In this document: positions 1 to 9,397 of the stretch, in pieces
Position numbering within the stretch: the first letter of the stretch is position 1
How the letters are laid out: each line of letters opens with the position of its first letter
Source of the DNA: a virus
Lineage: Duplodnaviria; Heunggongvirae; Uroviricota; Caudoviricetes
Strand: one strand, 5' to 3'
DNA: 64,000 nucleotides
Virus record (IMG/VR): IMGVR_UViG_2667528037_000002
Span: 1 to 64,000 of that record
Notes under the pieces: generated by a model
The model's database searches: none
The model's input: the letters and a program-made list of their open reading frames with translations, nothing else
What the model was told of the DNA's origin: nothing
Program-made: the position numbers and the translations under genes

Positions 1-38
1 TCAGAAGGTTAGGGGTTCGAATCCCTTCGGGCGCACCA
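1..38 (+). tRNA. Partial tRNA, 3' portion only (window starts mid-gene): T-arm AGGGG-TTCGAAT-CCCTT, acceptor 3' strand CGGGCGC, discriminator A, CCA. Likely attachment-site core.
   Basis: GGTTCGAATCC T-loop motif, 7-nt acceptor strand plus ACCA read directly. 5' half lies outside the window. Confidence 0.6.
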
Positions 39-303
39 CAGACGGCCCGTCGCCCTCGGGAGGCTGCTCACCTTCGCCCTCGGCTAACCAACTGACTGGG
101 ACACCGCAGGCGAGTGCCCAGGCGTTTAGGACAATCTTCTTGGGGACGGTCCGGCCCTTTTCGCAATTGCCAATTACCGACCGGCCGACGCCCATCATTT
201 CGGCCAGTTGCCTTTGATCTAGTTGGGCTTCTTCCCGTGCGATCTGTAGGCGGTATCGCAGACGCATTGGGGGGATAGTCCCGGTTTCGTATGCAACGGT
301 CAT
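1..303 (-). CDS. XRE-family HTH immunity repressor-like protein. C-terminus is encoded antisense to the tRNA 3' end and the stop codon (pos 1-3) lies inside the tRNA. Alternative upstream starts at 405 or 417.
   Basis: ORF 1..417(-). HTH motif QRQLAEMMGVGRSVIGNCEKGRTVP. The Met at 303 leaves a 120-bp divergent operator region. Stop TGA is the complement of tca at 1-3. Confidence 0.6.
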   Translation of the reverse strand: MTVAYETGTIPPMRLRYRLQIAREEAQLDQRQLAEMMGVGRSVIGNCEKGRTVPKKIVLNAWALACGVPVSWLAEGEGEQPPEGDGPSVVRPKGFEPLTF

Positions 304-462
304 ATGCGCATGGTATGCGCGTACGCGCACGCTCGCAAGGTGGTGCAAATTGACCCGATCCGCAAACACCCCCTGATTGCTACTAAAGCCCAATAAGTTC
401 CCCATCTGCGAAAACATCTATAGATGCGCTTGCGCGCACTATGCGAATATGCGCAAGATGGG
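288..462. promoter_or_regulatory. Divergent promoter/operator region between repressor and cro/xis-like gene. Repeated TATGCG(C/A)A half-sites plus palindromes ATGCGCAT and GCGCGTACGCGC.
   Basis: Repeats read at ~302, 313, 438, 446. Perfect palindromes at ~304-311 and ~318-329. AT-richer than surrounding sequence. Confidence 0.5.
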
Positions 463-699
463 CGTATGGCCGCACCAACCGCTGAGACACCCGAGCAGCC
501 AGACGAGATCACCGTCACCAAGGCCGCGACTACATACAACGTCTCCAAACGGACCCTCCAGGCACTCGCCGTGTCCGGCCGCATCCCTGCACGATTGGTC
601 GGCAAGACCTACCTGCTCGACCACCAGGCAGTCCGCCTATACGCACAGGCGCGCCAGGCCACCCGCGACCTCAACGACTACGCCCAGGCCGCGTCATGA
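424..699 (+). CDS. Cro/excisionase-like HTH DNA-binding protein (MerR/Xis-type HTH_17). Alternative start 466.
   Basis: ORF track. Motif TYNVSKRTLQALAVSGRIPARLVGKTYLLD. Divergent from repressor. Confidence 0.55.
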   Translation: MRLRALCEYAQDGRMAAPTAETPEQPDEITVTKAATTYNVSKRTLQALAVSGRIPARLVGKTYLLDHQAVRLYAQARQATRDLNDYAQAAS

Positions 700-1610
700 G
701 CACCGTCGCAGCCACCGCCATGTCCCCGTCGGCCGCCCGTGACCTCACCGAGCGCATCCGCACCACCATTGACCGCACCTGGGACCTCATCGCGAAGGCA
801 TACACCGACCGCGCCTGGGCAGTCCTCGGATACCCGACCTGGGACGTCTACTGCGAACGCGAGTTCGGGTCCACCTGGTTCAAGCTGCCCCGCGAGACCC
901 GCGGCGAGGTAGTGCAGTCCCTGCGCGACCTCGGCCTGTCCACGCGCGCCATCGGCTCCGCGATAGGGGTCGATGACCGCACCGTCCGCCGCGACCTGTC
1001 AGGCGCGGCATCTGCCGCACCTGCGGCTGTCATGGGCACCGACGGCAAGACGTACGCGTCTACCCAGCCTGTCCGCCCTCACCTGGCCGTCGTGCCAGAC
1101 CTCCCCACAACCGAAGACCACCCGGAGACCGCCCCGATGTGCGAAGGCGGGACGGCCTCCGGGGTTCCACTGACCCCGTCGCTACTTATCTCCGGCGACG
1201 GGTACTCAGTCGTGCACAACGCACCCGTGACCGACGGCGTAGAGCCGACCCTCACCTCGTTCGCCATGTGCCCCTGCGGTGCCCGAGCTGAGCTGTACGA
1301 CAACGCCACCCAAGAAGATCGCGAACGCTTCGACGAGTTCGACGACATCCACCGCTACTGCGACGACCCGACAGAACCTGTCGCGGCAGAACCGGAACCC
1401 GAGCCAGCGCCAGCCCCAGCGCGCCGGAAACCGATCACAGACTCCTTCGACGACGCCACCACGGCAGTCACGAAGGCGGTGAAGCGGGTAGAGGCACTGG
1501 CGGCCGACGACCGCTTCGACAAGAACGCGGACCAACTCGCCCTACGCAAGAGCGACCTGGTCCGCGCACGAGACGCGCTGCAACGCGTCATCGAGAAGTT
1601 CCCCTCGTAA
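696..1610 (+). CDS. Hypothetical protein with central HTH-like segment (LRDLGLSTRAIGSAIGVDDRTVRRDL)
   Basis: ORF track. ATGA overlap with upstream gene. Confidence 0.5.
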   Translation: MSTVAATAMSPSAARDLTERIRTTIDRTWDLIAKAYTDRAWAVLGYPTWDVYCEREFGSTWFKLPRETRGEVVQSLRDLGLSTRAIGSAIGVDDRTVRRDLSGAASAAPAAVMGTDGKTYASTQPVRPHLAVVPDLPTTEDHPETAPMCEGGTASGVPLTPSLLISGDGYSVVHNAPVTDGVEPTLTSFAMCPCGARAELYDNATQEDRERFDEFDDIHRYCDDPTEPVAAEPEPEPAPAPARRKPITDSFDDATTAVTKAVKRVEALAADDRFDKNADQLALRKSDLVRARDALQRVIEKFPS

Positions 1611-1630
1611 CCACAACAAGGAGTTGCTTC

Positions 1631-2494
1631 ATGTCGAATGCTATACCGCTGCACCGGCCACCGGCCATCACGACGGACATCGAAACCATCGACGGCCCGA
1701 CCGCCGACGCGTACCTCAAGTTCAACACCCACAACCGCCCCCTCAACGAGCGCAAGGTCATCCAGCTGGCCGCCGACATGGAGGCAGGCCGTTGGCAGAT
1801 GAACGGCGAGGCAATCAAATTCGATACCGAGGGCGCCCTGCTGGACGGCCAGCACCGCCTACACGCCGTCTCCTTGTGCGGTGTGTCCATCGACTCGGTC
1901 GTAGTCCGCAACCTGCCGCCCGAAACCCAGATCACCATGGATCAGGGCACCAAACGGTCACCCAGCGACCAACTCAACCTGTCCGGTATCACCGCCTCCA
2001 AGTCTGATGCGTCGGCCGTCAAGACGCTGATCATCTGGGAACGTGGCTGGTTCTACACCGACCGCGCCACAGGCTCCGTCACCAGCGCCGAAATCGTCGA
2101 ATGGACCCTCGCCAACCCCGACACCTTTGAGTTGATCAGGCGCGGTACCCACTACACGCGCATCAAGGCACGCCGCGGACTCATCATGGCCGTCTACGCG
2201 GGCATCGGACGCATCCACGGTGTCGAGGTCACCTCCGAATTCTTTCAACGCACCCTCGACGGCGTCGGACTCGAAATCGGCTCGCCAATCCTTGCACTGC
2301 GCAACAGGTTCGACCGCGTTCGTGGCGAGGGCTTCAAGATGCCCGACGCCGAGGCAATCGGCTACTTCGTCGCCGCCTTCAACCACTGGCTATCCGACCA
2401 CCACGTGGCCCGGTTGCAGCAGCCCAAGGGAGGCTGGAATAAGACCAACTTCCCGCAGCTCGTAGGCGCACCAGCACAGGAAGTACTCCGGTGA
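1631..2494 (+). CDS. ParB-like nuclease domain protein (DGQHRLHA motif)
   Basis: ORF track. RBS aaggag 8 nt upstream. ParB N-terminal domain signature LLDGQHRLHA. Confidence 0.7.
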   Translation: MSNAIPLHRPPAITTDIETIDGPTADAYLKFNTHNRPLNERKVIQLAADMEAGRWQMNGEAIKFDTEGALLDGQHRLHAVSLCGVSIDSVVVRNLPPETQITMDQGTKRSPSDQLNLSGITASKSDASAVKTLIIWERGWFYTDRATGSVTSAEIVEWTLANPDTFELIRRGTHYTRIKARRGLIMAVYAGIGRIHGVEVTSEFFQRTLDGVGLEIGSPILALRNRFDRVRGEGFKMPDAEAIGYFVAAFNHWLSDHHVARLQQPKGGWNKTNFPQLVGAPAQEVLR

Positions 2495-2536
2495 TCCGCG
2501 AGGTAGTCGTCCCCGTGTTCTGGATGCTCCTGTTCG

Positions 2537-2947
2537 GTGCCTTCGTTGGCGTCGTCCTCACGGTCAACGTCATGGCCGCCCGGTGATGACATGGCGCGCA
2601 TCCACCAACGACCCGAGTTGCCAATGCATCTCACGGACATCACCGGCGACCAAACCGTGGCCGACGCTGCGCGCCTGCTATCCCTCGACCCGGCAATCGC
2701 CGTCGGCCGCGACCAACTCTTCGACGCTATGGCCCGCGAGGAATGGATATTCCGCGGCCGTGACCACCGCTGGATCGCCTACGCCGAATCCGTAACCCTC
2801 GGCTACCTGGCACTCCACGACGGAGGCGAATACCAAACGCCCGCAGGACAAACCAAAGAACGTCCCAAACAGATCTACCTAACCCCTAACGGTGTCGCGG
2901 AAATGCACTACCGCCTCGGCGGCAGCCAACAACTAGCACTGACCTGA
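2537..2947 (+). CDS. Hypothetical protein (start uncertain; alt 2590)
   Basis: ORF track, protein-like composition. Confidence 0.4.
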   Translation: MPSLASSSRSTSWPPGDDMARIHQRPELPMHLTDITGDQTVADAARLLSLDPAIAVGRDQLFDAMAREEWIFRGRDHRWIAYAESVTLGYLALHDGGEYQTPAGQTKERPKQIYLTPNGVAEMHYRLGGSQQLALT

Positions 2948-3124
2948 TCAACCACTCACTCAGCACAAGGAGACAGCTATGCCCGTACGAGAATCCAAGT
3001 GGTGGCGCCGCGCCCTATTCGGTGTCCAACCGACACCGCCACCGACGCCCCCAAGTCCCAACCCAATCTGGGACGAGCTGGCCGCCAAGCACGGCAGCCC
3101 CGCCGAAATCTGGGGTGCAGCAGC

Positions 3125-3739
3125 ATGATTGAGAACACCTCGCAACGCCACCCCATCGAGCACCTAGCTGGCTGCCTGGACGGCAACACCTCCAACTACA
3201 TCGAGGGCATGGAGCGGTCCGGGCAACAGCAGCTCCTCACGTCCGACCTCCTCCCTGCCAACGCCGGGCGGGTGTGGTCAGGCGAGGGCGACGAAATGCT
3301 CAGCATCAATGGTTGGGATGTTCTGGAACAGTGGGGATTCCAACGCGGAGAAATCGTTGAGGGCGACCCGCTGTTCGTCCGCGCCACCCTCCCGGAAGGG
3401 TGGTCACGCAAGGGCAGTGAACACGCCATGCACTCAACCATCGTCGACGACCGCGGCGTAGAACGCGTCAGCGTCTTCTACAAGGCCGCCTTCTACGACC
3501 GCCGCGCCAGCATGTCCGTGATCACCGACCCCGGAGGCAATCTCGGAAGCACCGCGATCTATGGCGACGCCGCCGTGGCCCTGCCGGAGGAATGGGCGGT
3601 GCTCACCGCCGAAGAGCGCGACGGATTCCGAGGCGCGCTCGATAGCTATCTGCGTCGAGCCGACGAGTATCCAGACATCTACAAGGACCGAGTGCCCCGC
3701 GTGCGTAGCCTCCTGGCGCTGGTGGAGGCCGCAGCATGA
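3125..3739 (+). CDS. Hypothetical protein
   Basis: Met 43 of ORF 2999..3739 (MIENTSQ). Upstream part of the ORF is P/R-rich and overlaps a small RBS-preceded ORF. Confidence 0.5.
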   Translation: MIENTSQRHPIEHLAGCLDGNTSNYIEGMERSGQQQLLTSDLLPANAGRVWSGEGDEMLSINGWDVLEQWGFQRGEIVEGDPLFVRATLPEGWSRKGSEHAMHSTIVDDRGVERVSVFYKAAFYDRRASMSVITDPGGNLGSTAIYGDAAVALPEEWAVLTAEERDGFRGALDSYLRRADEYPDIYKDRVPRVRSLLALVEAAA

Positions 3740-4035
3740 TGCGCCGACTTCCTACCGCCGCTATGGCTGCCGCGCTGGCGCTCGCTACCGCAGCGCCTGC
3801 GTCGGCCGACAGGGTCAATGACGTCGCCAATGACATCGGCGGCGCGGTCTGCGTCATCGTCGGCGCTGACCCAACCTTCCACGGCATCAACAGCATCGGC
3901 CAGGCGCTCAACCAGCGCGGGTTCACCGACCAGGCCGCCGGACGGGTCATCGCCCTCTCAGTGTCCGCCTACTGCCCGTGGCACCAGCCACTCATCGACC
4001 TGTACACCAAGGCATCTCGCTGGAGGTCAGCGTGA
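3736..4035 (+). CDS. Small secreted protein with N-terminal signal peptide (MMRRLPTAAMAAALALATAAPASA|DR)
   Basis: ORF track. Hydrophobic h-region and AXA cleavage motif. Confidence 0.55.
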   Translation: MMRRLPTAAMAAALALATAAPASADRVNDVANDIGGAVCVIVGADPTFHGINSIGQALNQRGFTDQAAGRVIALSVSAYCPWHQPLIDLYTKASRWRSA

Positions 4036-4604
4036 GCCGTGACGTGTGGGTCGTCGACCTGGAAACAACCGGACTGGACCGGAATGTCCACCTCCCTGTT
4101 GAGGTGGCGGCCGTGAACCTCAAGACCGGGCGCGAAATCCGCTTCGTGCCCTTCATTACCGGAGATGAGCTGGGCAAGGCAGACCGGGAAGCCATGCGGA
4201 TCAACATGTACTACGAGCAGGGCCTGTACAAGGACCAGCTTGACCGCGACACGTCAATCCGCTGCTACCAAGACGTTTTCGAGCTGCTACAAGGGCAGAC
4301 CCTGGCAGGCGCAAACCCCCGATTTGACGCCGACATGCTGCTGATCGGCTACGAGTGGCTACTCCAGCTGGAACCACGGCTACCCGGTGCCAGCACTCGC
4401 GTAGAGGCGCCATGGCATCACCGCCTGGCAGACGTATGCGCCTACGCCGCAGGCACTCTCAACATCCCACCCGACGACATACCCGGCCTCGCTGGGGTGT
4501 GCCAACTACTTGGCGTCACCAACGAGGCCGAGCACACCGCGCTGGGAGACGCCCGCGCGACCGTCGAATGCTTCCGCCGCCTCTACCCCGGGAAGGACCA
4601 ATGA
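4032..4604 (+). CDS. DnaQ-like 3'-5' exonuclease (DEDDh)
   Basis: Motifs VVDLETTGL (Exo I) and HTALGDARA (Exo III). GTGA start overlap. Confidence 0.7.
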   Translation: MSRDVWVVDLETTGLDRNVHLPVEVAAVNLKTGREIRFVPFITGDELGKADREAMRINMYYEQGLYKDQLDRDTSIRCYQDVFELLQGQTLAGANPRFDADMLLIGYEWLLQLEPRLPGASTRVEAPWHHRLADVCAYAAGTLNIPPDDIPGLAGVCQLLGVTNEAEHTALGDARATVECFRRLYPGKDQ

Positions 4605-4855
4605 ACGACCCCGTCGCACGCCACAACCAACTGGTGAGCAAGAACATCGAGATCGCCACGAGCAAGTTGTCTCCCATGGAGCGGCTCCGGAAGCAGGCAG
4701 CCGCCAATTCCAACACCCTCGGATACGCCGTCTTCCTGGGACTGCAACGACAGGCCAACACCTACGCCGGGACAGTGCCCGCAGACGAAGTCCAGCGTCG
4801 GCGCCGCCGGAACCGCGCGGCCCGCAAAGCACGGCGCAGGAACCGCGCGTCATGA
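4601..4855 (+). CDS. Hypothetical protein, basic C-terminus
   Basis: In-frame ATG with ATGA overlap in ORF 4355..4855. Confidence 0.45.
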   Translation: MNDPVARHNQLVSKNIEIATSKLSPMERLRKQAAANSNTLGYAVFLGLQRQANTYAGTVPADEVQRRRRRNRAARKARRRNRAS

Positions 4856-5637
4856 GGAAGGAATGCACCCGCCCCAACTGCACCGAGTTGGTACAGGCCC
4901 GCGGACTGTGCCCCACCCACTACGCAAAGTACCGGCGCCTCGCCGTCTCCGACGGCCGCTGGAGCCCACTACACGTACCAGCGGACGACACCCGCAGCCG
5001 CGTCCTCGCCCTCATGGCAGCGGGGGTCGGCATATCCCGGATCGCAGAACTTGCCGGAGTTACCCACCGGGCCATCGACTTCCTGACGCGGGAAGACCAG
5101 CGCCTGGTGAAACGAACCACCCGCGCCGCAATCCTCGCTATCCCGGTGCCCGTGTGTCCGTTTGGGCCACAGATGGCCGCTGGCGCGCGGATAGATGCCA
5201 CCGGTTCACGGCGCCGCGTCCTGGCCCTTTCCGCGGTCGGATGGTCTCAACAGCACCTCTCGGTGCGCCTCGGGCTACACCCCGGCCGCCTGTCCAAGGT
5301 CGCAACCGGCGCCGTCAAGAAGGTCACGGTGTCCCGCGCCCGAGAGATCGACGCGCTATACCGCGAATTACAGGAGGTACCAGGTCCTTCCAACGTCGCA
5401 CGGCGCATCGCGGTGCAGAAGGGATGGCCGCCGCCGGTGGCATGGGACGACACCGAAATCGACGACCCCGCCGCAACGGCCCACGTCCGCGGAGGACAGG
5501 TCGTATGGATCGACCTCTACCGCGACTACCTCGACCTCGGATTGTCCAACGACCAGATCGCCGAACGCATGGGAGTCACAACGGAATCCGTCGAAGCACG
5601 GCTCAAGCGGCTACGCAAGAAGGGCATAGCGGCATGA
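4852..5637 (+). CDS. DNA-binding protein: N-terminal Cys motif (CTRPNCTELVQARGLCPTHY) plus repeated HTH segments
   Basis: In-frame ATG in ORF 4510..5637. Three HTH-like repeats (RVLALMAAGVGISRIAELAGV etc.). Confidence 0.55.
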   Translation: MRKECTRPNCTELVQARGLCPTHYAKYRRLAVSDGRWSPLHVPADDTRSRVLALMAAGVGISRIAELAGVTHRAIDFLTREDQRLVKRTTRAAILAIPVPVCPFGPQMAAGARIDATGSRRRVLALSAVGWSQQHLSVRLGLHPGRLSKVATGAVKKVTVSRAREIDALYRELQEVPGPSNVARRIAVQKGWPPPVAWDDTEIDDPAATAHVRGGQVVWIDLYRDYLDLGLSNDQIAERMGVTTESVEARLKRLRKKGIAA

Positions 5638-5846
5638 CAGCACGCAAGAAGGTCAACCCGCTACCGGGTGCCATAACCACCCAGAAACGCAACGACGGCA
5701 CCGGTTGGAGCTGGCGCTGGCTCTCCAACAAGGGCAACGTGCACTTTCACCCGGGACCGTTCCCAACCACCACTGCTGCGCGCGCCGCAGCCCGTAAATG
5801 GGTACGAGACAAAGTCCTTCGCGAGGCCCCCGGTGACGACGAATGA
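5634..5846 (+). CDS. Hypothetical protein
   Basis: In-frame ATG (MTARKK) with ATGA overlap. Confidence 0.4.
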   Translation: MTARKKVNPLPGAITTQKRNDGTGWSWRWLSNKGNVHFHPGPFPTTTAARAAARKWVRDKVLREAPGDDE

Positions 5847-6028
5847 GCGCGCGGCGACGCTGCCCAGTGTGTGGTGCAACCGTGTTCCGCACACCCAAGG
5901 GCAACGTTCTCGCACATCACGACCCACACGGCATCGCGCGCTGCCCCATGTCATACGAGAAGTTCGACCTGTGCGAGCCGTGGACCCCACGCGTCAAACA
6001 CCTTTGGGAACGGCGCGCCGCAGCGTGA
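5843..6028 (+). CDS. Small zinc-ribbon protein (CPVCG...C)
   Basis: ORF track. Confidence 0.4.
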   Translation: MSARRRCPVCGATVFRTPKGNVLAHHDPHGIARCPMSYEKFDLCEPWTPRVKHLWERRAAA

Positions 6029-6375
6029 CAACCGACGACATCTGGTCAGAGCCGTACATCACCGAGTGGAACGAAGACCTGACCCGTGAACACGTCAAGG
6101 GCCGGTCAATGGGCTGGTGCGAGTGGTGTGGCAAGCAGCACGGGACTGACATGCACCACCGCCGCAATCGGTCACAGGGCGGCCAGTGGCATCCCGCCAA
6201 CATCGTGCACCTGTGTCGCGACTGCCACCACTGGGTCACCACCAACCCGGCGGACGCCGAGGCCGTCGGACTCACCCTCACCCACGGCCAGGACCTCTAC
6301 GACACCCCCATCGCGCTGCCTCTGCACGACATCTATCTGCACGACAACTACCTACCGAAGGGCCGCAACGCATGA
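6025..6375 (+). CDS. HNH endonuclease
   Basis: Motif HHRRNRSQGG...NIVHLCRDCHHW. GTGA start overlap. Confidence 0.7.
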   Translation: MTTDDIWSEPYITEWNEDLTREHVKGRSMGWCEWCGKQHGTDMHHRRNRSQGGQWHPANIVHLCRDCHHWVTTNPADAEAVGLTLTHGQDLYDTPIALPLHDIYLHDNYLPKGRNA

Positions 6376-7268
6376 CCGCCGCCGACACCAAGCTGATCCC
6401 CGACGCGGACGGCATGTATGCCGGTATCCCCGACGAGGCATACCACGCAGACCGCGGCAGCCTGTCCTCCTCCGGTGCTCGCGCGCTCCTGGCGCCGTCA
6501 TGCCCGGCGATATTCCGCCACTACCAGGACCAGCCGCGGACACCGAAGAAGGAATACGACTTCGGCCACGCCGCCCACCTGTACGTCCTCGGCGAGGGCG
6601 GGGAGATCGTCGCGCTAGACCCGAAGGAACACGGGTTGACGAAAGACGGCAAAGTGTCCGACTCGCCCACATCGACCGCCATGTGGAAGGAGGCGGCGAA
6701 GGAGGCCCGCGCTAACGGCCAGATACCCATGCACATCGACGATGTCGCGGAGGCAAAGGCCATGGCCGCCAAGGTCCGCGAGCACCCCATTGCCCGCATC
6801 CTGCTGGCAGACGGAACACCTGAGCTGTCCGGGTACTGGCACGACCCGGAAACCGGGGTGCGACTGCGTCTCCGGCCAGACTGGCTCCCCAACCCGGGCC
6901 GCCATCGCCTGGTGGTTGTCGACTACAAGACCTCGACGTCAGCGCACCCAGGTCACTTCGCCAAGGCGGCAGCCGAATACGGATACCACATGCAGGCCCC
7001 CTGGTACCTCGACGGGCTAGCGGCATGCGAGATAGCCGACGACGCCGCGTTCGTGTTCATCGTCCAGTCCAAGAACCCGCCCTACCTCGTGTCGGTCAAC
7101 GAACTAGACCCCGCCGCAATCGATCTCGGCCGACGACGCAACCGCAAGGCCATCGACCTGTACGCGCGTTGCGTGGCCAACGACCACTGGCCGGACTACG
7201 GCCAGGACATCAACTCCATATCCCTGCCCAGCTACGCCATCTACCAGCAAGAAGGAGACCTTGACTAA
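6372..7268 (+). CDS. RecE/Cas4-like PD-(D/E)XK exonuclease
   Basis: VVVDYKTS motif. Located immediately upstream of RecT-like gene. Confidence 0.6.
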   Translation: MTAADTKLIPDADGMYAGIPDEAYHADRGSLSSSGARALLAPSCPAIFRHYQDQPRTPKKEYDFGHAAHLYVLGEGGEIVALDPKEHGLTKDGKVSDSPTSTAMWKEAAKEARANGQIPMHIDDVAEAKAMAAKVREHPIARILLADGTPELSGYWHDPETGVRLRLRPDWLPNPGRHRLVVVDYKTSTSAHPGHFAKAAAEYGYHMQAPWYLDGLAACEIADDAAFVFIVQSKNPPYLVSVNELDPAAIDLGRRRNRKAIDLYARCVANDHWPDYGQDINSISLPSYAIYQQEGDLD

Positions 7269-8479
7269 TGACCGTCTCGCAGTACCAGCCCATAGCCGCC
7301 GCACCCCGGACCGCGATCAGCCAAGCCACCTCGGTGGAACAGTCCCGTGCCGTCGCCGAGGTCCAGTCAGCAGTCATTGTGGCGCAACAAATTCCCCGTG
7401 ACCTCCAGCGCGCAGAGGCGGAAATGCGGGACGCGTGCAGCCGCATGGCCATGGCGGTACAGGCGTTCTACCAGGTGCCCAACCGCGGCACCGGCCCCTC
7501 CGTGCACCTCATGCGCGAGCTGGCCCGGCTATGGGGCAACGTGCAATACGGCGTCAACGAGCTGCACCGCGACGACCTCAAAGCTGAGTCCGAGATCCAG
7601 GCGTTCGCCTGGGACGTCCAGACCAACACGCGCTCAACGCGCACGTTCATCGTGCCGCACGCTCGCATGAAGCAGGGACGCCGCGAAGAGCTAAACGACC
7701 TCGGCGACATCACGAACAACAACAACAACGCCGGTGCACGCGCTGTCCGCGAGTGCATTTCGTCGGTGCTGCCGAAGTGGTTTACCGAGATGGCGCAGGA
7801 CCTGTGCCGCAACACCCTGGAAAAGGGCGAAGGCGTCCCCCTCAAGGACCGCATCGAAACCATGGTCGCCAAGTTCCGGCAGGAACTCGGTGTCACCGAG
7901 GCCCAGATGGAGGCCCGGATCGGGAAGAAGCGCGGCGCCTGGGACGCCGGAGACGTCGCCCAGATGGGCATCACGTACACCTCCATCACCCGCGACGGCA
8001 TGGACAAGCGCGAGATCTTCCCACCCGCGTCGCAATCCACTCAGGACGAAATCAGCGCCCGTGCAACAGAAAAGAAGACCAACCCCCAGACGGACTCCGA
8101 GGCAACGACCACCGGCGATCTGGCACAAACTGTGACGCACCCGGAACAGGGTGCGGGTGCTACAGAACCCGCGGCCGAGGAAGTCCCCGCGTCGGGCGGC
8201 GGTGACGACACCCCGCCGCCCGACGACGGCACCCCAGGCCCGGACGGTGACCCGGCAGAGGTCAACAGCCGCGGCGAATACCTGGCAACGAAGAAGGACA
8301 TCGGCACTATCCGCGGCCTTCTCGCCAATGCCAAGTACTCGTTCCGCACCAAGGAATCCGCTGCCGAAACGTACACCTACCTCTGGTCGGTCATCGGCAG
8401 GGAAATCTCGGACATCAATGACCTGTCCGAGTCAGAAGCGGCAGACATCATCACCGCACTCAAAAACAAGGAGAACTAA
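7268..8479 (+). CDS. RecT-like single-strand annealing recombinase
   Basis: Size, position after exonuclease, RecT-family-like N-terminal region. D/E/P-rich C-terminal tail. Confidence 0.6.
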   Translation: MTVSQYQPIAAAPRTAISQATSVEQSRAVAEVQSAVIVAQQIPRDLQRAEAEMRDACSRMAMAVQAFYQVPNRGTGPSVHLMRELARLWGNVQYGVNELHRDDLKAESEIQAFAWDVQTNTRSTRTFIVPHARMKQGRREELNDLGDITNNNNNAGARAVRECISSVLPKWFTEMAQDLCRNTLEKGEGVPLKDRIETMVAKFRQELGVTEAQMEARIGKKRGAWDAGDVAQMGITYTSITRDGMDKREIFPPASQSTQDEISARATEKKTNPQTDSEATTTGDLAQTVTHPEQGAGATEPAAEEVPASGGGDDTPPPDDGTPGPDGDPAEVNSRGEYLATKKDIGTIRGLLANAKYSFRTKESAAETYTYLWSVIGREISDINDLSESEAADIITALKNKEN

Positions 8480-8483
8480 CCAA

Positions 8484-9371
8484 ATGTCCTGGGAATTCGT
8501 AACATTCCTGATCTTCGGCAGTATTGCGTTACTGCTACTGCTGGGCGGGCTTGTCGGCCGCCGATTCAACCGGCGTGCTGATGGCCCCGTAGTGACACTG
8601 TTCATTGGCGGTATCGCCTTGGCTATCGCCGTCCTCGTCCTCGTGATCGGCTCCTTCACGGTCGTTGGTACACGCAAGGTTGGTATCGAGACGGTATTCG
8701 GCAAGCCGTCCGGCGACACCCTGTCCAACGGTCTGCACTGGAAGAAGCCGTGGGCGACAGTCGATGAGATGGACGCAGCAGTCCAGATCGACAAATACGA
8801 GGGCACCGGCCGCATCAAGGTCCGCCTGGGCAACTCGTCCACCGCCGACGCTGACGTGTCCGTGCGCTGGCAGATCAAGCAGGACGCCGCCGACGAGCTG
8901 TACGTGCAATACCGGTCATTCGACAACGTCCGCACCAACCTGATCACCCGCAACCTCCAGGTCTCACTCAACGACGTGTTCTCCAAGCTCGACCCACTGG
9001 CGACCAAGTGGGCCAACGGATTACCGCTGGAGACCTTCGCCAAGGACGCGTCCGAGAAGCTGCGTGCCCTGGTGGGTGACCAGGTCGACATCCTGGACGT
9101 CGCCGTCCCCACCATCGACTACGACGACGGCACCGAGGCCCGTATCAACGAGCTGAACGCAGAGCGCGCGAACACCGCGAAGGCCGAACAGGCAAAGAAG
9201 ACGGCCATCGAACAGGCCGAAGCCAACCGCATCCTCTCGTCGTCAGTGTCTAACGACCCCAACGTGATTGTGCAGAACTGCATCACCAAGGCACTCGACA
9301 AGGGCATGTCGCCGTGGGGCTGCTGGCCCGGAACCGGCGCCCTCGCCACCATCCCCGCACCCATCAAGTAA
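8484..9371 (+). CDS. SPFH/band-7 (prohibitin-like) membrane protein
   Basis: N-terminal TM segments then SPFH-like core. Strong RBS aaggaga. Confidence 0.55.
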   Translation: MSWEFVTFLIFGSIALLLLLGGLVGRRFNRRADGPVVTLFIGGIALAIAVLVLVIGSFTVVGTRKVGIETVFGKPSGDTLSNGLHWKKPWATVDEMDAAVQIDKYEGTGRIKVRLGNSSTADADVSVRWQIKQDAADELYVQYRSFDNVRTNLITRNLQVSLNDVFSKLDPLATKWANGLPLETFAKDASEKLRALVGDQVDILDVAVPTIDYDDGTEARINELNAERANTAKAEQAKKTAIEQAEANRILSSSVSNDPNVIVQNCITKALDKGMSPWGCWPGTGALATIPAPIK

Positions 9372-9397
9372 CACCCCACGAAAGGAACACCGCCCAT

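Noticed and set aside
4863-5846. 327-aa ORF overlapping the HTH gene in another frame
   Set aside because: Arg/Pro/Gly-rich low-complexity translation typical of off-frame reading in high-GC DNA. The same-strand frame with HTH motifs is far more protein-like.
6186-6371. N-terminal extension of the RecE-like ORF
   Set aside because: Extension is R/P/H-rich and overlaps the HNH gene. The internal ATG at 6372 with ATGA coupling is the plausible start.
8432-9115. 227-aa minus-strand ORF (and similar long antisense ORFs at 12550-13356, 13960-14712, 35303-36136, 45617-46729, 48295-49050)
   Set aside because: Antisense to confidently called genes (SPFH, capsid, major tail, etc.). Compositions are Arg/Gly/Ala-rich, as expected from GC-rich antisense frames.
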